DNA of 64,000 nt from Albugo candida (Eukaryota): NCBI GenBank assembly GCA_040437565.1, contig JBDOQK010000004.1:372001-436000 (forward strand), written 5' to 3'. Made by a program: the position numbers and the translations under genes. Every line of letters starts with the position of its first letter. The first letter of the stretch is position 1. Under the pieces are notes generated by a model, which made no database searches, was not told where the DNA came from, and saw only the letters and a program-made list of their open reading frames with translations. Below are positions 25,136-38,154 of the stretch, one piece after another.

Positions 25136-26231
25136 ATTTACGACTGGAAAAGAAGCGAAACAGCGAATATGAAATGGATGGCTGCCACTGTGATTAATAT
25201 TACGTTAAGCACACTACTTTGGGATCCATAAATCGTCCAATCATTTTGCATTGATGTTATCCTTCAGCACAGTCTAATGTCGTACCTTGCGATAGCAAAA
25301 AAAAGCGTTACGCAGTATTTTTTTGCTGACATACTATCTCATGAGATCAAGTTCACTCCGTTACATTACGATAAGCTTATTCAGGTGGCAGCAGAAATGA
25401 TAAATTTTTCTTCTTGTTACAATATAAAACTCATATCTATCGCATAGTACCCATAAATTACCTGAAAATGAGCTGATTCATCAGCTATCCGTCTGAGTGA
25501 CGTCACATGGACATTTCTCCAAATTCAAATCGAGACACATCTCATCCCTTTACATGGTGTGACTGTACGCTGCCACCTTAATCAACAAGACGCAGCATTA
25601 AGATATCAATTCTCCGCAGCGTGATTACAATCCATTTTGAGAGTCATCGCGACGCTCCCTATGCGATGCAAAGTCTACAAGTGGACAAAAGACTGCAGCC
25701 TGAAAAGATAATACGTCATTTAGCGTTGTAGAAAATGATCTGATCGCGTATGTATCCAATCTCCTATTGATATCCCAATTCCTCACTTCAATTGACATGC
25801 AGCCTAGTAATTTCGTGCCACTCAAGTTCTATAACTTCGCGCTGCAGTATCTTCTTTTTGTGATATGGCGCTCCTGGTAGCAAAAGTTTTCCTGGAGTTT
25901 GAAAAGTGAACGCTATAAACCATCGGTCTCAGTTGAACGTGTCTATATTACTAGAATTAGACTAACTTACTTCTCTAGTTGCCTAGGCTATCTTAAATAA
26001 CATACATACGTATAAAAAGGTTTCGTAAAATACCTGTGAGCGATGATAATATGTCTTCTCGTTGATATTCCCGAATTGCAGTGGCCTCAGGCACCTTAAT
26101 ACGAGACTGTGTCCAGCTTGTAAATGCTGTAAATGCTGTAAAGTTGTAAAATTGTAAAAACGGTCCCAAAGTACCGTGATTTGCAAATTGGTCTGCGCCA
26201 CACTGGGCTGAAAAGTGTCATCCAACTAGGA

Positions 26232-26604
26232 CTAGGATCCGAGCTGCACTTGCATTAGTACTTGTCTGTCTCGTACCCGCAGCAATGCTCGTCGGCTTCT
26301 GAAAAATCCACCGAATGATTCTTGCGTTGCGAGTTGATCCAGCACCTTTGCAAGCCGAATGCGTTCGTCTTGGCTGTAACACTGTCTTGGAAAGTACCGA
26401 ACGTGCGTACTAAACGTGGTGTAGATCACGGAAAGTACTGGAACTGTCAGAGTTGCTGACCGCTGATCGAAAAGACGACGATTCCGATCGGTCCAGACGA
26501 AGTGCAGTGTCACCGCTTGCAATGCAAGCCATAAATCCGATATAATTTGTTGATATTCTTTCCAATCCGACCGTAGTGCTGGTACGATTGCACATGCAAT
26601 ATGC
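26232..26604 (-). mobile_element. LINE ORF2 C-terminal remnant
   Basis: W...VTLHFVWTDRNRRLFD matches the W..RN...F motif that follows the RT zinc-finger region in non-LTR elements; truncated by a gap. Confidence 0.65.
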
Positions 26605-26704
26605 NNNNNNNNNNNNNNNNNNNNNNNNNNNNNNNNNNNNNNNNNNNNNNNNNNNNNNNNNNNNNNNNNNNNNNNNNNNNNNNNNNNNNNNNNNNNNNNN
26701 NNNN

Positions 26705-28560
26705 CAGTTGTCTTTGAGTCACCCTGTGACGAGGCAACGATAGTACCACATGTACCACCGGTACCACACGCGACACCGGTATCACTTCCGACAACGGTTT
26801 CTCCCTGTACCGTCACACTGGAGATGGGGTTCACTCCACGTCATCACACAGGGGTGATGACTCATCAACAATCATGCAATTACCCAAAAGAGAATGACTC
26901 ATGAGGGTTGCCACGTCAGCACAAGTGGACGCTGGCACCCTGGGTTGCGTCGATATGTCGACTTGGACCATTGTTTTCGAGAGGAAAGAGTTGAAAAAAG
27001 TAGTGTTTCGAGCTGTTTTGTACTAAATTGGCGAGTTACGTAGTAGCCGGCGAATTGAGAAGTCAAACCATCGGTCTCAGTAAGACGAGTGTCCGGGATC
27101 GATGCTATAATATAATTCATTCCATTTGAATTAGACACTACACAATTCCACGTGCTTTTTACATTATAAATGTATGTGCGTGTGGTAACTTGGCACAGCT
27201 CGAAAGTCTTCAAGTTTATTGTCGATATCTTCCTTCAATTCTGTATCGACTGCATTACGCACTCCAATCGGAGCCTTTGAAAAGGATATAGTGGCGCCTA
27301 TCATCGGACGAAGTAGAGCGGTCGGCACGGCTCGGATCACAGATCGAACGGATCCGTCAGATCCTTGTTCTTCTTTATTCGACGAGAGGAATCGCTAGGA
27401 TCATCTTTGCAGCAATGAAAAGCTCATGGGCTAATGAATTGTATGCTTGTTCCAAACCTTCTGTGATGTTGCTGGGTCAGCTGCAAATACTGACGGCTTC
27501 CAAGCAATACACCATTGACTCGGGCGCTTCGGATAACCCCACCTCCGAGACGTTTGGAGTGCCGTTTAATTCGACTTGCAGATTCCCCATACTGAAGTTG
27601 CTTCTTTTCATTGATGAAGAAGCTCCAACAATCGATATCAAGCACCCGCTTGTCCAAAAATAGTGATTGAGCTCCTTGAGCCATTTTTCAAGCTGTGCTC
27701 AGTGTCTCGACCGTGACGCTCTTCATGAGCTTTTTGCTCCTTTCCTTATCCCACGTACGAGTCGCCGATCTTTTCCATTATGTTCTATCGGTAATAAAAT
27801 AAAATTAGCAGCTCCCGATCCAACGTTTGCAAATGATCGCAATGGCGAAACTGTCGCTGACGCAAATCATTTGTGTATCTGATGTCGAGAAAATATCGGT
27901 GACCCACGACATGAGCACGCTTTTCACCACAGCTGCCCATCCGTCAATACCGCCCAATATGACTCACCGTAAGACGAGTTTCATACCTTCCAAGACAAAG
28001 ATTGATCACTTCGAGGTAGTCTCCGGCACGCAAGGCCACAGTACTCAACGTGATTGGGACGAAAATCAATCTTGATTTTGCATGGTCGGATATCAATGCT
28101 TTGGAAGAACCAGTTGCCTAGTCGAATATCCGTTTCTAAAGATCGATAGAAGCTTTTGGAGTCATCATTTGAATACTGTCAGCATCTCCAGGCTTTGAGT
28201 TTTTTGTCGTATGCTTCTCCACACATTGTGCCGTTGCATTCATCTGGTGTGTTGATCCCAAAGAAGAAAACTGTCTGAAGAATGACGACTTCCTGATCCA
28301 AATTGATGAGTGTGTAAGAAACGCATCTTGAGGCGGTGTTCAACACACAAATTCGGTCCTAGTCGTATCGTCATCAAACTCATCTTTATGATACTGCTGC
28401 CGGTTACTCGAGGATGGAATGGTGTCAGACTTCCAATAGCATACCATTTAGATGTAATCCAGAATCTCCAAATCTTCTACCGCTGCTACCGTATTGAAGC
28501 AGGTTGTTGTGATTCGCTATCATTGAACACATTCAAGCGCATTTGTATCCGATGTACAAA
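26705..28560. other. Decayed, probably TE-derived or pseudogenic sequence, not assignable
   Basis: Only short broken ORFs, lying between a LINE remnant and a solo LTR; no motif I can name. Confidence 0.3.
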
Positions 28561-28565
28561 GAGTT

Positions 28566-28954
28566 TGTAACGGGGTGACACGTCAGTTAGTAACCGTTAT
28601 GCAGTGTGGTACACATGTGGAACGCTTTGGGTTATTGGCTTTAGGAGCTGCCGCGTGTCAGCCACCGGATATTGGTACCTAGCTTAGGTACGTTTAGCTT
28701 AAGGTGCTCTTCGAGATAAAAATAAATAAAGAAGAGTTCCCCTTTAGATCAGTTAGAGATATGTGCCTGCTTCAGGCGTCTCAGATTGTGCATTTTGTGC
28801 TGCGTTGTCGATTCCCGGAATCGTTAGGTCCCTTGAACAAGGACCTTAAGCTTTAAAGCTTGTTGACTCGTTGAGTCTAGTTCTTTTAAAGAATTAAGTT
28901 GCTCGTTGAGCAGATAACCTTTCTCTGGCAAGGAACTGGAGTAGCTCCGCTACA
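28566..28954. mobile_element. Solo LTR (389 bp) with 5-bp target-site duplication GAGTT
   Basis: TGTAACGG...CCGCTACA termini (7/8 inverted match); GAGTT at 28561-28565 and 28955-28959; internal AATAAA. The right half is repeated after the gap. Confidence 0.9.
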
Positions 28955-29786
28955 GAGTTCCAAGATNNNNNNNNNNNNNNNNNNNNNNNNNNNNNNNNNN
29001 NNNNNNNNNNNNNNNNNNNNNNNNNNNNNNNNNNNNNNNNNNNNNNNNNNNNNNNNNNNNNNNNNNTCTTGTGCACTTTGTGCTGTGTTGTCGATTCCCG
29101 GAATCGTTAGGTCCCTTGAACAAGGACCTTAAGCTTTAAAGCTTGTTGACTCGTTGAGTCTAGTTCTTTTAAAGAATTAAGTTGCTCGTTGAGCAGATAA
29201 CCTTTCTCTGGCAAGGAACTGGAGTAGCTCCGCTACAGAGTTCCAAGATCTCTCCCGTCTTTCGTCTTGTCTTTGATTGGTAGCGGTGAATGGCAATGAG
29301 GAAGGATCCACCTATTTTATCATATCCCAAAGAGCCAGAAATACCACCAAAAATATCAAAAAATATCATATCGTGTCGGTGCACTTCCGCAGCTCGTGAA
29401 TGTATCATCGTGAGAATTCGTGAATTTGTATGCGGAAGCTGATAGTCAGAATTGAGGAATACCATCACATAGCCCCAATAGACTGGTCAAGGAGATTCAC
29501 TTATATCGGGTGTTGATGAATGCGTTCGTCCATGTACGATGATGTCATTTTTGCATTGGATATTTCTGAATGATTCGATGCAAGTCAAGTGAGCAAATAT
29601 GTGATACCGACTACTTGTGGTGGCTACAACCGCAATAAACGTTTCTCGCGAAACTCATAGTGTAAAGAAGAAATATTCTAACCAAGTTTTGTGCAAAGGG
29701 AATAGAAGCAACTACAAATACGACAACAAGACTTATATTAATTACAATTAAGTACTCACAGGTGCAATTGAGGAGCTAGATAGATG

Positions 29787-29926
29787 ATGACGTAATGAGG
29801 TCATCCATAACTTTCCAGCACTGACGAAATGAGGTCATCGGAGATTTCATTCCAGCACATGTACATGCAATGACGTGATGAGGTCATTGCCAGAAGTTTC
29901 ACACCCAGATGACGTAATGAGGTCAT
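29787..29926. repeat. Four spaced copies of an 18-nt dyad motif (A/C)TGAC-N8-GTCAT
   Basis: Copies at 29787, 29821, 29870 and 29909; consensus ATGACGTAATGAGGTCAT; short variable spacers. Confidence 0.85.
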
Positions 29927-30015
29927 CGATGCCAGTGATCGGGTTCCAATGGCACGCGTTGCCTGCATCATCTACAATGCCGTAGGGGCCATTCGATGAA
30001 TTTGCTTTGTCCGAA

Positions 30016-31437
30016 TCAGTTTCCACCTGGTAGCGTCCGAAGGGGTTTCCTGCAACCGTTGTGCGAATCTTCAACTCCCACTTTAGGATAGCGGGCTTGA
30101 TCCTGCGCGCCGCTGAAATGCTTCAATTCCACACTTGAGAGATACGCCATTATGCCATCTTCGTTCTCCGGCCGCTTTTTTTCTCTTAAGACTTGAGCTT
30201 CCGCTTCAAGCTTGGTAAAGCTCCGTCGTCTTGCTTCCCAACTCTTGTAACAAGTCTTCGGTAAGTTCCTCCGGTTGAATGAATTCCGTTTCACTTTCTT
30301 AGGGTGCCGCAAATGGACACTCCATCGTACCGGTAACACTGTTCGGTCGGTTTTCCAAGCATTCAAGAGCACATTTGAGCTGATGTATGTAGTCGTGTGC
30401 ATCTTGCACGTGAACTGCTTTTGCTTCAGAGCGAACAGCAATTCCGAACTGATAGTTTCGAGTTCTCCAGCTTCCGTTGCGCGCTTTTCGCCCGCAAGTT
30501 GCATCTCCACTGCCTTTTCCGCCGCGCTATTACGATCGTTCTCCAGCCGGGTTTCAAGATTTTTGACTTTTGAGTTGATNNNNNNNNNNNNNNNNNNNNN
30601 NNNNNNNNNNNNNNNNNNNNNNNNNNNNNNNNNNNNNNNNNNNNNNNNNNNNNNNNNNNNNNNNNNNNNNNNNNNNNNNCAGAGCGAACAGCAATTCCGA
30701 ACTGATAGTTTCGAGTTCTCCAGCTTCCGTTGCGCGCTTTTCGCCCGCAAGTTGCATCTCCACTGCCTTTTCCGCCGCGCTATTACGATCGTTCTCCAGC
30801 CGGGTTTCAAGATTTTTGACTTTTGAGTTGATTCCACTGATCTCGATCCTTGCGTCTTCCAGCTGAGCTAATTTCTCGTTCAATGAGCGCGATAGCTGCT
30901 CATTTTTTCTCAAAGTCACTAAGACGCGGTCGGTTCACTGATGTTGGTGGGACATGCGCGACGGAGTTGCGATTCCCTGTTGATGTGGGAGGCATTCTTG
31001 CTCGCACTCCGGAAGCCGCTGCTGCGTCCATGCCGCGCGCGTAACCGAGCCATTCGAATGAGTCATCGCCGGTGATGCTCGCACATTCGAGGCTGTTGCT
31101 TCGGATGGTGTCGTTCGTGATGCGTTGCCACCAGCGACGCGGGTCACGTTTCTTGTCGTCGTTGGAATGACGCGCTGCTGGATGGTGCGTGGTTGGGTCG
31201 AGCGTGACTGGATGGTGCGCTGCTGCATGGCGCATGGTTGGGTCGAGCGTGGTTGGATGGCGCGTGGGTGGTGCATGCTTGGGTCGAGCGCTGTCGATTT
31301 TGTAACGCTGACGTCTCTGTTGGGGCTCTCAGCGCATACCCGCCGCCGACACGCTTCAATGTCGGCGCTATTTCGTTTTGTGTTGGCCCGTTTCTGGAGC
31401 GCCTGTTGGTCGTCGTAGTTATCCTTTGTCGCTGCAT
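30016..31437 (-). pseudogene. Frameshifted ORF with low-complexity N-terminus and coiled coil; probably TE-associated
   Basis: GC-richer stretch; the coding-like frame switches between ORFs 31144-31443, 30900-31235, 30554-30919 and 30016-30579; heptad-like LNEKLAQLEDARIEISGINSKVKNLETRLE. Confidence 0.45.
31175..31290. repeat. Degenerate 15-nt period minisatellite
   Basis: Units such as TGGTTGGGTCGAGCG, TGACTGGATGGTGCG and TGGTTGGATGGCGCG; encodes HAPSN/HARPN pentapeptides on the minus strand. Confidence 0.8.
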
Positions 31438-32321
31438 GTTCAAAAAATAGATAGTTCTTCGTTTAAGTCAAAGCAAATAAAGAATACCGACACATATCAA
31501 CCTCACCTTGCAAGTCTCTTAGCATCATTCTATATGCTGATTAGGGAAATTGTCGTTTTGAAGAAGGCGGCGCTTTCTGAGTGATCGAAAGCGTAATCGG
31601 CAGACGAGTTGCAATCATCAATGAGAATGGATCATTCTGAGTGTCTTTTGCAGTAAGAGAATCGATGCAAAGGACACACAAAACGAGATGCACTCTTTGA
31701 TGAGTGCAAGTCATGCTGTGGAAGAGCTATTTTTAGAATATGTGGGTGATTTGGAAGGTATAGTAGAAGTATATGATAAGTCAATAATACAGATTCCTAG
31801 GTAAATAGTATTGATGTCATCAGAAGCAACTTGACAGTTAACATAAAACAGTTTTACTCAGAAGGATCTTGGTCTCCTATACACTGGCGGAAACCGACAA
31901 GAGATACACAGTTTCAAAGCAATCATGCAACAATTAAAAGGGTATTCCAATCTTTGAGGAGTATGCTGAACGTGCTAGAGTTATGACCAAGATTCATGCA
32001 GCAAAGGCTTCCTTTGTATCTCAGTCAGAGCCTCAGAAAGAGTCCGATGGGAAATTGGATGGGAAGCGGAAGCCGCATGAGTTGGAAGCAACAAAAATGT
32101 CAGGGTGCTAAAGGGTCAAAGAAACAACGGACAGAGGGTGCATTTTCTTCGGCTTATCGACCCAACTTGACCGCACTCGCGGCATTGTCTCGTTCCATTT
32201 ACCGAATGCACGAATTTACGACCAGTCTATGCACGCAAAGCTGTCACTTGAAAATGCTCGAGAAAAAAGCTCTGGAAAGATTGTAAAACTCCCGATACAG
32301 AATTGACATATGCGACTGGAT

Positions 32322-35300
32322 CTAGCTATCTGGAGTATCTTGTTGCCGAAGTATTTTCCGTGCTCGTTCCAAGAGACTAATACGGTCATCAGAGATTTCT
32401 TCATCGTCGGAATCCACAAAACTGTCAAAGTCGCAGCCGTCCTGACTTTGCATGCTTTCACGGTCACCCAATGAATCAAATCCTAGAGCTCCTTCCAATT
32501 CCTCGATCGGACGCTGAGGGTGAGTGATATCGACATCATTGCCAAGTTTATCCCAAGTTGAGTGATCACTGCCTCGAGCATCATTGCTGGATGAGATCGA
32601 TTCTTGCTCCTGGTGCAATAATAAATATGCTTTACGGCGCAATGTTTCAAATTCGCTCATATTTGATGTGAATTTCGGTGAGTTGCATTGGGTGAAGCAT
32701 ATTGCGCTGGAATTGCTACTTGAATGATCAGACAGTCCAAGCTCCCTCAATCCTGCAGCGTTGTCGAATTTATTGTCTGAGATACTGCGCTCATCGCTCA
32801 GACTACTGCTGATATCCTCCAAAGCTCTTTTCAGAACCGCTACTTCCTCAGCCGTACGCTCATGTCTTGGATCGCACTCGAAGCTATCGGACTCATCGCT
32901 ACTTTTTCTTGATACTTTGACTGGAATATCGAGGTTTCGATCATCATCCTGAGCGTGAGGTGGGCTTGAAGACCCACTTGACAAAGTCTCTACAGCTTTA
33001 CCGCTCAACTTTTCTGTCGACTGGATATGCTGACAATGATCCTGATCGCCTTCCTCGGTGGCTTTGTTCTCGTGGCTGAGAGTATCAGGTATCGAGACGA
33101 TAGGACCCTCCTCATGCGTTCTCACTTTGCACCCTTTTTTAATGGGCTCTGCAGACTTTCGATTGCCGTCTGAGTTCTCATACACTCTTCCATCTTCCAC
33201 TGTGTTCCGTATAGAGTGAGCGTCATTTTGGCGAAGTTTGCGTTCTGTAGCGATTTTCTGCAATTCTTTCTCTTTTGTGAGAATTTGATCAACAAATTTA
33301 TCTTCGAGAGTTTGACGAATTGCGTGCTCTTGTGATGCGAGAACATCATTCTCATATTTCGATAATTTCTCTGTGACCTGTCGTTCTTCTCTTTCATCTT
33401 CTCGTTTCCAATTTCCAAAGCTTTGCAAATCGGTCAATTCTTGCTGCTTTGTACGTGTGATGTATTCCTGCCGTAACTTTTGAACTCTCTCTTCGAATTT
33501 GAGTTGCTTTTGTATATCGACGATACGCTTTTCCGTTTCGAATTCGATACGTTTGAGCTCTTCGGTCTCTTTTCGAAGTGATATTTCATAATCTATTCGC
33601 TCGTGATGTGATTCAAATTCCTCTTCTAATCGAACAACTTCGTCTTTCATACGTTTTAAAGACTCATCCAATGTTTGCTGAGCAGTTTCCTCCATTTTTT
33701 GCAAACGCTCGAGTCTCAGCTTTCTCGTTTCGTGATCTAAAGCTCTAAGACTGATCACACGCTCCTTCTCCGCTTTAAACATTTCTTTACGTCGTACGTC
33801 TTCCGCTTTTTGCATCGTTTGTTTTTCTTGGAGCCATTCCGAGTGTTTTAATTCGAGCTCATTGGACTCCTTTTGCAATCGATCCAAAAGACGTTTCTTC
33901 TCTGCAATTTCTGCTTCTTCCAAAGCGATTTGCTGTCGTTCCTGTATGTCCATAAACGATCAGTTACGACATCGTACCCATCAAAAAGAGGCATTTCGTA
34001 CCTTGATCTTCATGTCCACCACGAGCTTGGAGTAATTCGTGAATGCCGGGTACTGGCCTTTAGGTAGCGCGAAATTGTTCACTTTGCCGGGCCCATAGTC
34101 TGCGCTATTGTCCGAGTACATTAGCGCGTTTGTTGTAGCCTCCTGATCGATTTGCTGGTCAAAATTGTGCATCAATTGTATCAATTTGTCAATTTGTAGC
34201 GGATTTTGTTGATGGAAAAACTGATGGATCGAAACCTGATCTTTTCCACCAAGCAGCGCTGTCCGAAAGTAAAGATTGTAGGCGAGCACAGCACTCACAA
34301 ACAGCTGAGGTCTCTTTGCGTCGGTGATCAAATGATCCCACAAGCACTGCCATTCATCTTCGGCTACAACCTCCGTGAAGATCGTTTGCAGCAGACTCCA
34401 CCCATAGATATCCGCACCGATTCCCAAATTAGAGAAATGATCGAAAAGCTGTGGATCGAGTTTTTTCAACTCGCGTTCGATAACAGAAAGTAATTTGGTT
34501 GGAGGATGAGGCAGATCCACAAGATACGATCCACACCAATGCAATAAGAGCGTCATACTTGTTTCAAAGGCAGCGAGATCATCCGATTTGTACAACTTGA
34601 CAAAAGGATAGACGATAGCTGCTAAGAACGCTGTCTCACCAAACGCCGGGCACCAGTACATCAAAGCGGACACAATACGACACAATCGACGTGAAAGTCG
34701 ATCATCACGAATTGGATAGTTATTCCTTACTTGATCAAGAATTGGATGAGGTCCTTTTGCTACAAGTGATTGAAAAGCTTCAACGTTGCTTGGAAGATCC
34801 AGTAAAAATCGCCATGCAAGTAGTCTGTATTTGTTCGGGTAGCGACCATAACAGCGAAGAACAGAATGGAGACGCTTTCGATTCATTGTTGCTTCTTTTT
34901 TAGTCGAAAGACGAACCTGTTCTGGATTCGCAAAAGGATGTTTGCCTTTCCTGTTACGATTCGATCGAGCAGATGGTGTATTAGCAGAAGCATTGACAGT
35001 CTTTAAACAACTCAATCGATTCGTAAAGTGATTATCTTCAGCTCTTTGTGCTTTTCCTTGCGCTCCAAAAACGTGATTGATGAGAGCGGAATAAATCGGA
35101 CGGTCTCCGGGTCTTCCAAGGCTATCAATATGCGACGACGAGTGTGTACTTGTGACTATTGTATCTGTGCTCTTTGACAACTCGTCTTGTGCTTGGGATC
35201 GTACGTTTAACGTCCTCAAGGAATCAAGTGACAGCAATCCTTCCTTTTCCCGAACAAGTTTGATCTTCCGAGCAGTACCCCGAGCAACGACCAAGTCATA

Positions 35301-36557
35301 CACAAGCAAGCAGCCATCGCTAGACAAAAGAGATCATCAAATACGACTCTGAGCATCTCTATAAAGTACATGAACCTGGTCGATGCGGCCAAATACGCTC
35401 CCTTGGTATCAATAGCAAAAGTTGTGAATTTTTTCTCTCGATGTGCGATTTCCAATTTGATTCTCGGTTTACGGCTTGCCACATTCAGAAAAAGGATGTT
35501 TCCCGATTCGGATAACACGACGAGAATTCTGTGATGTCCAGGTAGAAATACGTGCTACTTTGACATACAGCCTTAGATGAGAAGAGTCTCGGTACATCAG
35601 CATGCTGAATACACCTTGATAATGTGGCTACAGTTCTCTGGAAGCTCAATGATTCGAGAAATTGACTGAGTCTCCAAAGTCCACATGAATATCGAGCAAG
35701 CATGTCCACTACATGACATATTGAGATCTGCGGAAGCGTAGCTTGCAGGATCACGCACCTCGCCAAAAGGACTTTATGATCCTCTGAAACAGAGATACTT
35801 TTCAATGTTGTGGGTTTTTCGTGTGAGGGTAGAGAGAAACGATACTTCAAAGCGAGTGTTTCTAATTCCCACATCATTATCGTAGCATCCTGGAAACAAA
35901 CTGCGATAAGCTGTCCATGCAACACGAAAGTGGCCTAAAGCTATCTTTAGTATTCCAAAACACGTGCAGTGATATGAATTGTCGTACATCTTGGACTCCG
36001 GGCCCAGCATTTAGAATTCGAAATCGAGACCAATCGGTTGTTTCCCAAAGAATCACAGCATCCAGCGACCCTGTCAATGCGAGATTCCCAGACCGTTGAA
36101 AAGCTGCAGAAACCGGAGGAAATCGATGTCCTTTGAGCGTGCTTATCAATTCCATTGTATTCACATCGATACATCGTGCCTAGCAGTCCCAAATAGGCTC
36201 AGATTTCAACCAAGGTTTTGCTTCCTTTTGTACCATTTCATTCTCACACGTTACTAACAGCTCGTATTTCTGCTTTGGGTTGAAACACGAAGTTATTGTG
36301 GGCTTTCCAATGTGCTGTACGAGTGCGTATCGATTCCGTGTGAGGTAAAACACAAAGACTCGTCCCTTTTCGTCCGTTGCGGCGAGCACATCACCTGCGA
36401 TATTGAATGTCACAGAGCGAAATTGACTCGGACGTTTGTCCATTGTGCTGTGGGATACATTTCTATGGCAGGAAACAAGCCCATTGCAACTCACTACCGG
36501 TTTTCGCGTCCACAAAATCCCATTTTGTATGGCTTCGAGCTGGAAGGATTTCACCAT
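32322..36557 (-). CDS. TBC1D31: WD40 + Rab-GAP TBC + coiled-coil protein, TBC1D31/WDR67-like
   Basis: N-terminal GILWTRKP and WD repeats (LKGH..ILWET); TBC-like YGRYPNKYRLLAWRFLL..YPFVKL..DEWQCLWDH; GQYPAFTNY; long C-terminal coiled coil. The first exon is repeated after the gap (ATG 36943). Confidence 0.85.
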
Positions 36558-37005
36558 TTTACCATTTCAGACTTTGATATCGATTCTCCGTTATTTTCTA
36601 TATAGTAGCCTCCGTTGTTTCAGCGCAAAATTCGATGATATTCTCTCACAAGCTCACTTTGTCTCACGCTGATTCCAATGTAACGCGTTTGTGGAATCTT
36701 TTCATCAATAGTGCAATAGCCTCTTGTCTTNNNNNNNNNNNNNNNNNNNNNNNNNNNNNNNNNNNNNNNNNNNNNNNNNNNNNNNNNNNNNNNNNNNNNN
36801 NNNNNNNNNNNNNNNNNNNNNNNNNNNNNNGTGCTGTGGGATACATTTCTATGGCAGGAAACAAGCCCATTGCAACTCACTACCGGTTTTCGCGTCCACA
36901 AAATCCCATTTTGTATGGCTTCGAGCTGGAAGGATTTCACCATTTTACCATTTCAGACTTTGATATCGATTCTCCGTTATTTTCTATATAGTAGCCTCCG
37001 TTGTT

Positions 37006-37991
37006 TCAGCGCAAAATTCGATGATATTCTCTCACAAGCTCACTTTGTCTCACGCTGATTCCAATGTAACGCGTTTGTGGAATCTTTTCATCAATAGTGC
37101 AATAGCCTCTTGTCTTCACTCTTGGATGCGTGAAAATCTCCATATTCGCTACTGCTTTTCTCTTATCGGAGTGAGGCGAACAAAAGAGCGGTCCAACGCT
37201 CGCAGTGCTTCTCCATCGAATGGCCTGCTCGTACTGCGATTTCCAAAAGTTTTGTTTCCTTTCAGCATAGTTATAGATGCTCGCATAATCAAAACGGCTT
37301 CTTTTTGGTAACATTGGGCGTGTTTTAGAGCGTGGAATATCAAAGGAGGAAGACGTAGATGCCGTTTGCCCAAGACAACTCGATGTTGGTGATGCGAGAC
37401 GAGGATGAGCTCGATTGATCACCCATGAAACATGTTGCTTGGCCGGATGCTGCTTGTCCACGTAATGAGCTTGATTTTGTGCGTTTTCGGATGGGGCTAC
37501 GCGTCTCAAACTGCTTGTACTTGACACCATTTGCTCTGCTTCCTCCATATCCGATCGTGTGTTCTCCAGTTCTACACGACATATCTCCCGCTCTTGCACA
37601 ATTTTGACCAAAGCTTTTTGTTTCGAATGTAATTCCTATAGAAAAAAGACGTCAGCTCCCTCTGATGACAGCATTTCTTATTTACATTTCTAAGCACTTG
37701 AATTTCGAGATCTTGGGAGCAGCAACGATCGAGATAGTCGGCTGGCGCGCAGATTTGCTGTACATGTTTGCTATTCACTGACAGATTCGTATCGATAGCT
37801 TCATACGCATCACAAAGCGTCACAGACTCGTTTTCATTCGATGGGTCAGATGCATTCGATGTGAATCCATCCGACCAAGTCAGAGCAGCAGAATGCGATG
37901 GACTCAATCGCAATGTCTGCAGAACGTTCTCATTTTCCATAGCGATCCAATGAATCCACTCTTCCACTGTTTTTGAATTGCCACTTTCCAT
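37006..37991 (-). CDS. Hypothetical protein (about 2 exons, short coiled coil)
   Basis: ORFs 37572-37991 and 37006-37611 can be joined by a GT-AG intron near 37638-37684; no recognisable domain. Confidence 0.55.
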
Positions 37992-38154
37992 AAATCGATG
38001 CAGACAACACAGAAAACGTTACAATATTTCTTATTTGGTCAAATTCGTGTCATTTTTAGTACAAATGCATAAGAGCTCTTTATGACATAAAATATCGAAA
38101 AAGAGCCCAATTAAAAGATAAAGCTGAATTGTATTGCTTTTGGAAACATATTTT

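Noticed and set aside
26118-26160. Short TGTAAA-based 9-nt repeat
   Set aside because: Simple low-complexity repeat in the 3' region of the LINE remnant; no evidence of function
27505-27540. IDSGAS motif resembling a copia protease active site
   Set aside because: Isolated short match with no supporting gag or integrase motifs in frame
29787-29926. CRISPR-like repeat-spacer look
   Set aside because: Eukaryotic context, 18-nt repeats, irregular and partly similar spacers, no cas genes; kept only as a motif cluster
31600-32310. Possible small + strand gene or pseudogene fragments with splice-like sites
   Set aside because: I could not build a coherent stop-free model or recognise a domain
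36445-37115. Duplicated first exon of the TBC1D31-like gene
   Set aside because: Same gap-overlap artefact
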